DNA of 64,000 nucleotides from assembly GCA_016844925.1 (NCBI GenBank), contig JAERTI010000043.1, positions 133,110 to 197,109 of the forward strand. The letters run 5' to 3'. The translations under genes and the position numbers were made by a program. Origin of the DNA: Candidatus Uhrbacteria bacterium. GTDB taxonomy: Bacteria > Patescibacteriota > Patescibacteriia > UBA9934 > GWF2-40-263. Below are positions 57,179-64,000 of this stretch, piece after piece; within the stretch, counting starts at the first letter, position 1, and every line of letters begins with the position of its first letter. The notes under the pieces are model-generated. The model was given only the letters and a program-made list of their open reading frames with translations, did not search any database and was not told where the DNA came from.

Positions 57179-58405
57179 TCAGCCAGTTGCGGCTGCGCGA
57201 CGGAGCTTGCGACGGCCCGTGCGTCGGGCCGCGAGCGAGCTCAGCAGAGGGGGCGTGGCCATGGTGGTGATGAGCACCATGATCATGCAGGCACCGAACA
57301 TCTCCTGGCTCAAGATCCCGCTGGTCAGGCCGATGGTGGCGAAGATGATGCCGACCTCCCCACGCGGGGACATGCCGACACCGACCAGCAGCCGGTCCTT
57401 CTTGACCATCAGGCCACAGGCCAGCTTGCCAGCCATGGCGATGGCCGTCAGGATCATGCCGTCGATGAACACCTCCGTGTTCAGGAAGACGGCCGGGTTT
57501 ACGATGGCGCCCGCGTAGACGAAGAACACGGGGCCGAAGCCAGTGATCAGGTCGTCGACGAAGTGCTCCACCGGGTGAGAGGATTCGTTCTCGCGCTTGG
57601 GCTTGAAGTAGATTTCCTCCAGGGCAACGCCGGCGAAGTAGGCGCCGACGATGCCCGCCAGCCCCACCTTCAGCGCCGCGGCTCCGTACAGGATCATGGC
57701 CGAGAGCACGATGGCTTCACGAGCCTTCTCGTCCATCTTGGAGAGCAGGCCCACGATCTTGCCGGCATAGCGGTGCCCCAGCAGGGGAACCACGATGACG
57801 AACAGGACCGATCCACCCAGCTTGAGCGCGAGCTGGCTCATGGGGATGGCCTCGGTGGCGTTGAGGTTGGTGCAGAGCGTCAGGGCGAAGAGGGCCAGGA
57901 CGTCGTCGATCACCGCGGCGTTGATGATGATGCGAGAGAACTCCTCATCGATCACGCCCAGCTCTCCCAGGACCGCGGCGGTGATGCCCACAGACGTGGC
58001 CGAGAGGACACCTCCGAGGAACACGGCGACGGGCCAGGACAGTCCCTTGGCGAAGTAGGCGAAGACGAATCCGCCGATGATGGGCACGACCACGCCGACA
58101 ACAGCGACCTTCCAGCCGGTCTTGGCGTCTTCGAGCAGGCTGTGCAGGTTGGCCTCCAGGCCGACCTTGAACAGCAGGAGCATGGCAGCGATCTCAGCCA
58201 GTCCCGTGATGAGCGGGATGCCGTGCTCGCTGCGCAGCTCGTGCATGAGATGCGTCTGGGTGAACACGATGCCGATCAGCAGGCCAGCGATCAGGCCTCC
58301 GAGGACACGTGGCTGCTTCAGGAACTTGGCAAGGGATCCCAGCAGAGTGGCCAGCAGCATGGCCCCTCCGATCCACAGCAGGTGGTCAGCAAATTCTCCG
58401 TGCAC
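57179..58405 (-). CDS. cation:proton antiporter (CPA1/CPA2 family)
   Basis: About 12 TM Na+/H+ exchanger pattern; GC-rich. Confidence 0.7.
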   Translation of the reverse strand: MHGEFADHLLWIGGAMLLATLLGSLAKFLKQPRVLGGLIAGLLIGIVFTQTHLMHELRSEHGIPLITGLAEIAAMLLLFKVGLEANLHSLLEDAKTGWKVAVVGVVVPIIGGFVFAYFAKGLSWPVAVFLGGVLSATSVGITAAVLGELGVIDEEFSRIIINAAVIDDVLALFALTLCTNLNATEAIPMSQLALKLGGSVLFVIVVPLLGHRYAGKIVGLLSKMDEKAREAIVLSAMILYGAAALKVGLAGIVGAYFAGVALEEIYFKPKRENESSHPVEHFVDDLITGFGPVFFVYAGAIVNPAVFLNTEVFIDGMILTAIAMAGKLACGLMVKKDRLLVGVGMSPRGEVGIIFATIGLTSGILSQEMFGACMIMVLITTMATPPLLSSLAARRTGRRKLRRAAATG

Positions 58406-58491
58406 GATGACTCCATTGTATGTGTGCGGTTACGAAGCACGGGCGAGAGACTAAACAATTTTACAAACAATAGCAAGGGATCTGTTTGTGG

Positions 58492-58524
58492 AAAAAAGAA
58501 AACGACCGCTGTCGTGGCGGTCGG
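58492..58524 (-). terminator. terminator (minus strand)
   Basis: CGACCGC-TGTCGTG-GCGGTCG with a U-run on the minus strand. Confidence 0.6.
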
Positions 58525-58534
58525 GGATGGCGGT

Positions 58535-59275
58535 CTAAGCCGCGTGGGCGATCGGGTTGTCCTCAAGCAACTCGCGCTGCTGCCAGGTGGGGAGCGTGTT
58601 GAAGTGCTCGATCTCCTGCTGCGTGAGCGGGAGGTCCTGGCGCCAGCCAGTGTGCATGTGGACGTAGAACGCCGGGCGCTGGTACGTGCCGCCGTGGCAC
58701 GAGACGTCCTCCAGGATCGGCGTGGGGGCCGACACCGGGGTGAACCAGTAGAGCACCTTGCCGATCTTGCCGATCTGGCGGTGGTTCATCCAGCTCTCGA
58801 CGTTCACGCCGGGCGCGGGGTTCTGCCAGCGCGGGTACGACTTCTCGTCTCCGCGGCGCAGGATGCCGCGCTCGTCCACGAACAGGTCGTCGCGTCCGTA
58901 GTCGTAGTCGCGCCCCCACAGAGGCGTCGGCGGGTACGTCTTGGCGTCGCGGTCCACCTGGTCGCGGAGGTGCTCGTCGAGCAGGCGCGCTCCCAGGAGC
59001 GTGTCCTGGTTGAACAACCGGCACGCCTTGGCGTGCACCTGGTTCCAGGGCTGGTTCACGTGCGCGTGCATCCAGCGCTTGATGACGCCGGACCAGCCGT
59101 AGGTCCTGCGCCACTGCCTGGGCTCGCGGGCGATCTGGATCTCCTCGGGGTCCTGCATGCGCAGGGCCAAGCGAGTCCTCTGGCGCTCGCGGCGGTTCGC
59201 CCATCGGGCGTAGGCCTTGCGCCTCTTGGGAGCGCCGTCCTCGGTCAGGGTGCGCTTGAGCTTCTTGGTCGCCAT
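58535..59275 (-). CDS. hypothetical protein with basic N-terminus (GC-rich)
   Basis: MATKKLKRTL...KRRKAYARWANRRERQRTRL. Confidence 0.45.
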   Translation of the reverse strand: MATKKLKRTLTEDGAPKRRKAYARWANRRERQRTRLALRMQDPEEIQIAREPRQWRRTYGWSGVIKRWMHAHVNQPWNQVHAKACRLFNQDTLLGARLLDEHLRDQVDRDAKTYPPTPLWGRDYDYGRDDLFVDERGILRRGDEKSYPRWQNPAPGVNVESWMNHRQIGKIGKVLYWFTPVSAPTPILEDVSCHGGTYQRPAFYVHMHTGWRQDLPLTQQEIEHFNTLPTWQQRELLEDNPIAHAA

Positions 59276-59390
59276 GTGTTCTCCGTTGGTTAGGTTATAC
59301 ACATGGAGCACCTCCTTTATCTGGTTGTGTTCGCGGGATGCAAACGACTGCAGAGAATAGGGAATTTTCCCCGAATTGTCAATCTATCTG

Positions 59391-60096
59391 CATGTCTGTA
59401 CCATTGGGCCATATGACCCATCCACACCAATCGATGCTTGATGAGCTTTCTTACGCGATTAAGCATTTTGTCCCCACACTCCCAGAGGAAGTGGTGACTC
59501 AAGCCAAAGCAAAACTCGAAGAGCTTTCTGCAAATGAGGAGGCGAATGAAGAGGTGATCAAGAATGCGTTTCATGACATTGGTTTGCAGGAGTATCCACA
59601 CCGGCATGCCTATGAGGAACTTACGAGCACGAGTGCTGAGCAGAAGTTGAAGGAGATGGTGCTTGAGCATGTTGATGAAGATGTTCGTTCGGTGATCAAG
59701 CCGCACTTGGACGCAGGTGTTTCATTGCCTGAGCTGGTGAGTAGTAAGCTGTTTGCCGAGCAGCTCGACGGAAAGCAGCGTTATCAAGTTGAGGATGGCA
59801 TTCTTGTTGCCAAGGACAAACTCGCTGAGTCTCTAAAGGATGACTTGGGGGGCAATGGTGCAGATTACAAAGCGTTGCTTGAGAAATGGACTAAACATGC
59901 TCAAGACATCCAGACACAGATCGATAAGTTGGAGGCTCTGTCGCCAGGTGGAACCCCTGAGCAAGGGGAGGAGATTTCTGGAAAGGTCCGTCGATTCCGA
60001 GAAGGCTTCCTTCTCACGGAGCGCGATCCACAGCTTGAAGAAGTAAAAAAGGAGGTAGAATATTGGACAGATACGTTCGCAGAGGAAGAGGAATAA
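59391..60096 (+). CDS. hypothetical protein (acidic, helical)
   Basis: ORF. Confidence 0.4.
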
Positions 60097-60173
60097 AGAT
60101 GTGTAAAAATATCCCCCTCAGCAGGGGATATTTTGATTGAACTTCTCTATCTGTCGTGCTACTATCTTGCCGT

Positions 60174-60809
60174 ATGCAAATATTGTGGCACGGACTTTCT
60201 TCCTTTGAAATCAAGGCAAAAACCCCAAACGGTGACATTACGATTGTCACAGACCCTTATCAAAACACCACGGGCCTTCGGTTCCCCCGAACCCTCTCGG
60301 CCGAACTCCTTCTTCGCACTCACGATGCGGACGATGCCAATAATGTAGGCGCCATTACAGGTGAGCCCTACCTCATTGACCTCGCCGGCGAGTTTGAGGT
60401 GAAGAATATTTTTGTTTTCGGCGTGAGTGCCCCACTAAAGAGCAAAGAGCAGAACCTTATATTCGTGATCGAGGCTGAAGGGATGCGTATTGCTCACCTC
60501 GGCGCGCTTGATCGTGCGCTCACAGACGAAGAGCTTCAGCGCATGAATAACGTTGATATTTTGATGGTTCCCGTCGGTGGCGGGCGAGTGATGGATGCGA
60601 AGGTGGCTTCTGAAGTGATTTCACAGGTCGAGCCACGCGTGGTGATTCCAATGACACATGGCCTTCCAACAATGAAAGAGAAGCTCGCATCTGTTGATGA
60701 CTTCTGTAAGTCTCTCGGCGCCTGCCGACGTGAAGATTTGGGTAAGTACAAGGTGAAACGAAAAGACTTGCCGGAAGAAGATATGCTGATTGTTACGTTG
60801 AATAAGTAG
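60174..60809 (+). CDS. MBL-fold metal-dependent hydrolase (UPF0173-like)
   Basis: MQILWHGLSSFEI...; HxHxDH-like region and metallo-beta-lactamase fold pattern. Confidence 0.6.
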   Translation: MQILWHGLSSFEIKAKTPNGDITIVTDPYQNTTGLRFPRTLSAELLLRTHDADDANNVGAITGEPYLIDLAGEFEVKNIFVFGVSAPLKSKEQNLIFVIEAEGMRIAHLGALDRALTDEELQRMNNVDILMVPVGGGRVMDAKVASEVISQVEPRVVIPMTHGLPTMKEKLASVDDFCKSLGACRREDLGKYKVKRKDLPEEDMLIVTLNK

Positions 60810-60811
60810 CT

Positions 60812-61150
60812 ATGCCTAAGGGGCACGTGCATCTCAATCCACTGTCACCGCAGCAGAAACGATTGCTCTGGATCAGTGTGAGCATTTCCGTGATCCTTAT
60901 CGCGGCGGCTTGGATCCTGGTGACGCGAGCATCTGTTCTCCATACGTTTAATCAGGTCCGTTACCAGTTTGGCGATTCCATTGAACAAGCAGCAGACCAT
61001 CTCGAGACGGTCGAGGGGGCTGCTGTCGAGGCCACTGGCGCGGTAGATGAAGAAGTGCGTACGTTTTCTGAGGCCCTTGAAGAGGCAACGGCGGCGTACG
61101 AAGAGATTAAAGAACAGCAGCAACAAGAGAAACAACAAGAGAATTTATAG
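60812..61150 (+). CDS. small membrane-anchored hypothetical protein
   Basis: ORF with a single TM. Confidence 0.4.
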   Translation: MPKGHVHLNPLSPQQKRLLWISVSISVILIAAAWILVTRASVLHTFNQVRYQFGDSIEQAADHLETVEGAAVEATGAVDEEVRTFSEALEEATAAYEEIKEQQQQEKQQENL

Positions 61151-61152
61151 GT

Positions 61153-63654
61153 ATGCCAAGCAAGAAAACACCAAAGGAAACACCTGAGACTCCAGAGCCA
61201 GTTGAGCTGACGCGGAATGTTGTTCCACAGTCTCTTGTGGAGGAGATGCAAACGTCGTACTTGGATTACGCCATGAGTGTGATCGTTGGGCGTGCTCTTC
61301 CAGATATTCGAGACGGGCTCAAACCAGTGCACCGACGTATTTTGTACTCCATGTGGCAGACAGGGCTCCGCTCAAGTGCCAAGTTCAAGAAGTGTGCGGC
61401 TGTAGTCGGAGACGTGCTTGGTAAGTATCACCCGCACGGTGATAGTGCGGTGTACGATTCTCTTGTGCGTATGGCGCAGGACTTTTCGATGCGTTACCCG
61501 TTGGTGCGTGGACAGGGAAACTTTGGTTCACTTGATGGTGACGGAGCGGCTGCGTATCGATATACAGAGGCCAAGCTTCAGCGTGTGTCTGAGGAGCTTC
61601 TTGTTGATATCGAGAAAGACACCGTGGACTTCATGCCGAACTTTGACGGCACGCACAAGGAGCCAAAGGTGCTCCCAGCAAAACTTCCGAACTTGTTGAT
61701 CAACGGAACGCTCGGTATTGCTGTGGGTATGGCGTCTAACATTCCGCCGCACAACCTCACAGAGGTGTGTGATGCGGCATTGCATTTGATTAAAGACAAG
61801 AACGCGACCATTGATGACTTGGCTCAGATCGTAAAAGGTCCTGATTTCCCAACAGGGGCAATTGCTTACAGTGTTGCTGACATGAAGCAGGCCTTTGCTA
61901 CGGGTAAGGGGGGTGTTGTCGTGCGAGCAAAAACGGAGATTGTGGAAGGGAAGAAGGGCAGCTTCAGAATTATCGTGAGCGAAATCCCTTATCAGGTGAA
62001 CAAGTCCACGCTCTTGCAGCGTATTGCCCAGAATGTTCGTGATAAGAAAATCGAAGGAATTCGAGATCTGCGTGACGAGTCCTCTAATAAGGATGGCGTA
62101 CGTATCGTGATTGATTTGAAAAAAGACGCTTACCCGCGGAAGGTTCTTAACCGTCTGTACCAAACCACACAGCTTCAGGAGACCATGCATTACAACATGC
62201 TGGCACTTGTTGATGGTGGTAGGCAGCCGCGTGTCTTGAACTTGAAGATGATTCTGGAGGAGTACATTAAGCACCGTCAGGAGGTGGTGAAGCGACGCAC
62301 AGAGTATGACTTGAATAAGGCCAAGGATCGCGCACACATTCTTGAGGGGTTGCGGATTGCTATTTTGAAGATTGATGCGGTCATCAAGGAAATTAAGAAG
62401 TCCAAAGATAAAGATGCTGCGCGAGAGAACTTGATGAAGAAATTTAAGCTCTCTGAAAGGCAGGCTTCCGCTATTTTGGAGATGCGCCTGCAGCAGCTGG
62501 CGAACCTTGAGACATTGAAGGTGGAGCAGGAGTACAAAGACAAGCTTGCCATCATCAAGGAACTTGAGTCGATTCTCAAGTCACAGAAGAAGATGCTGAC
62601 CGTGATTGCTGGTGAGATTACCGAGTTGCGTGACAAGTACGGTGAGGATCGCCGTACAGAGATCATCAAGCATGGCGTGAAGGAGTTCTCTATTGAAGAC
62701 GTTGTGCCAGATAGTCCAACGGTGGTGATGATCACACGTGCTGGATACATTAAGCGTATTGCTCCTGATACCTTCAAGACGCAGAAGCGTGGTGGAAAGG
62801 GTGTCTCTGGCCTCACGACAAAGGAAGATGATGTGGTGGAACAGGTATTCAGCACGACAACTCACAAGGACCTGATGTTCTTCACAACCCGTGGACGTGT
62901 CTTCCGATTGAAGGCCTACGACGTTCCTGAGGCTTCTCGAACGGCTAAGGGACAGGCGATTGTGAACTTCTTGCAATTGGCTCCAGGTGAACAGGTGTCT
63001 GCCACATTCTCCCTCGACCAGATGGAAGACATGAAGTACTTGCTCATGGCGACCACCAAGGGAACCACGAAGAAGGTGAAGCTCGATCAGTTTGAAAACA
63101 TTCGACGCTCTGGACTCATTGCGATTAAGTTGAAGGACGGAGAGAACCTCATGTGGGTTCGCCCAACGTCTGGAAAGGATGAAGTGATGCTTGTCAGTAA
63201 GCTGGGGCAGGGGATTCGATTTAGCGAGGAAGATATTCGACCAATGGGACGTACGGCTGCCGGTGTCCGTGGCATGAAGCTCAAGGCCAATGATGAGATT
63301 GTGGGCATGGGGGTTCTCCGCGCATCAAACAAGAAGACCAAAGAAGACAAGCAGCTCTTGGTGGTTATGAAAAATGGCTACGGAAAGCGATCTGCTGTGA
63401 AGGAGTACAAACTCCAGCGTCGTGGTGGATCAGGAGTAAAGACGGCGAACATCACCAAGAAGACCGGACAGATTGTTTCAGCACGTATTGTGGCTGAAGA
63501 TGACGCACGAGACCTGTTTGTGATCACTGAGGCAGGGCAGGTGCTCCGCTCACCATTGAAGTCTGTTTCTGTGCTTGGCCGTGCTACGCAAGGAGTCCGC
63601 ATTATGCGCTTTAAAAAGAGCGAGGATACCGTGGCGAGCGTTGCGCTTATCTAG
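61153..63654 (+). CDS. gyrA: DNA gyrase subunit A
   Basis: [44 protein letters not shown]-terminal beta-pinwheel repeats. Confidence 0.95.
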   Translation: MPSKKTPKETPETPEPVELTRNVVPQSLVEEMQTSYLDYAMSVIVGRALPDIRDGLKPVHRRILYSMWQTGLRSSAKFKKCAAVVGDVLGKYHPHGDSAVYDSLVRMAQDFSMRYPLVRGQGNFGSLDGDGAAAYRYTEAKLQRVSEELLVDIEKDTVDFMPNFDGTHKEPKVLPAKLPNLLINGTLGIAVGMASNIPPHNLTEVCDAALHLIKDKNATIDDLAQIVKGPDFPTGAIAYSVADMKQAFATGKGGVVVRAKTEIVEGKKGSFRIIVSEIPYQVNKSTLLQRIAQNVRDKKIEGIRDLRDESSNKDGVRIVIDLKKDAYPRKVLNRLYQTTQLQETMHYNMLALVDGGRQPRVLNLKMILEEYIKHRQEVVKRRTEYDLNKAKDRAHILEGLRIAILKIDAVIKEIKKSKDKDAARENLMKKFKLSERQASAILEMRLQQLANLETLKVEQEYKDKLAIIKELESILKSQKKMLTVIAGEITELRDKYGEDRRTEIIKHGVKEFSIEDVVPDSPTVVMITRAGYIKRIAPDTFKTQKRGGKGVSGLTTKEDDVVEQVFSTTTHKDLMFFTTRGRVFRLKAYDVPEASRTAKGQAIVNFLQLAPGEQVSATFSLDQMEDMKYLLMATTKGTTKKVKLDQFENIRRSGLIAIKLKDGENLMWVRPTSGKDEVMLVSKLGQGIRFSEEDIRPMGRTAAGVRGMKLKANDEIVGMGVLRASNKKTKEDKQLLVVMKNGYGKRSAVKEYKLQRRGGSGVKTANITKKTGQIVSARIVAEDDARDLFVITEAGQVLRSPLKSVSVLGRATQGVRIMRFKKSEDTVASVALI

Positions 63655-63655
63655 G

Positions 63656-63684
63656 ATTGACAGTCTTGAGCGCTCCTGTTAGAG
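63656..63684 (+). promoter_or_regulatory. promoter TTGACA-17-TAGAGT upstream of rpmF
   Basis: Read directly. Confidence 0.45.
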
Positions 63685-63708
63685 TTCCCGCGCTAGAAAA
63701 CAACCATT

Positions 63709-64000
63709 ATGTCTGTACCAAAGTCACGAAAAAGCCGTTCGGCCGTGCGCCGACGCCGCTCACACCATCACATGACCGCCATGAATATTGGCACTTGTGA
63801 GAAGTGTAAGGCGGATGTGCTGAGCCATCAGGCCTGCACCGAGTGTGGATTCTACAAAGGTCGTCAGGCCGTAGATCATACACGAGACGCACAGCGAGCC
63901 ATTGCAAAGCAGCAGAATGACCATGCGCATCATGAGCATGAGAAGCCTGCAGCTGAGGCTCCAGCCGACAAAAAAGAAGATTCAAAGGAACAAAAGGCAG
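63709..64000 (+). CDS. rpmF: 50S ribosomal protein L32 with C-terminal extension (partial; runs off the window end)
   Basis: MSVPKSRKSRSAVRRRRSHHHMT...CEKCKADVLSHQACTECGFYKGRQA Zn-ribbon L32; the ORF track missed it because there is no in-window stop. Confidence 0.75.
   Translation, partial: MSVPKSRKSRSAVRRRRSHHHMTAMNIGTCEKCKADVLSHQACTECGFYKGRQAVDHTRDAQRAIAKQQNDHAHHEHEKPAAEAPADKKEDSKEQKA

Noticed and set aside
57173-59293. 706-aa + strand ORF spanning the antiporter and the downstream hypothetical gene
   Set aside because: It is a continuous open frame through two GC-rich minus-strand genes. Its Arg/Gly/Asp/His-rich composition has no domain signal, and the minus-strand genes have TM periodicity and a terminator between them.
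1-64000. Scanned for CRISPR arrays, integrases, transposases, IS inverted repeats and tRNA-associated attachment-site duplications
   Set aside because: None found. The only tRNA (Glu, 46962..47036) has no duplicated 3' segment nearby, and no recombinase-like ORFs are present, so the GC-rich islands have no visible mobilisation machinery in this window.

Overview
This is a gene-dense bacterial window with about 60 CDS, one tRNA-Glu and many intrinsic terminators. The backbone is moderate-GC (about 45-50%) housekeeping genes: SMC (3541..5799), nrnA and clpP (5864..7481), the ribE and ribH riboflavin genes, recQ, the zur-znuA-znuC-znuB zinc-uptake operon, tsaD and tsaE, a PilB/GspE-type ATPase, ftsH, rpsA, gyrA and a partial rpmF at the window end. 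Between these sit several GC-rich islands (roughly 60-67% GC) that are often bounded by hairpin terminators. The most notable island is 17.4-22.6 kb. It encodes a PP2C phosphatase, a Ser/Thr kinase with a Zn-ribbon-containing C-terminal extension, an isochorismatase-like cysteine hydrolase and a vWA protein with a MIDAS motif. This matches the TerY-P phosphorylation triad (vWA, PP2C phosphatase, Ser/Thr kinase) with an extra hydrolase, sitting behind a promoter that carries two GTGT-N7-ACAC operators. It is my best candidate for the undescribed signalling or defence system. Other findings include: a presenilin/SPP-type intramembrane protease homolog (YD, GLGD and PAL motifs); a myxobacterial-style 'putative metal-binding motif' Cys/Asp repeat lipoprotein; a CSLREA beta-helix protein; an unusually short SMC of 752 aa; a 64-bp twin-hairpin element repeated after two consecutive genes at the window start; a promoter-to-terminator-delimited 340-nt pyrimidine-rich segment with no convincing ORF; a tandem pair of small Zn-ribbon proteins with a Nudix hydrolase; a stand-alone GS...SDLDL nucleotidyltransferase; and candidate operators (a Zur-box-like palindrome, an ATCGATATCGAT palindrome) and a structured 5' leader. 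I found no CRISPR arrays, transposases or integrases. All calls rest on reading the translations and sequence motifs by eye, and the gene starts are approximate.
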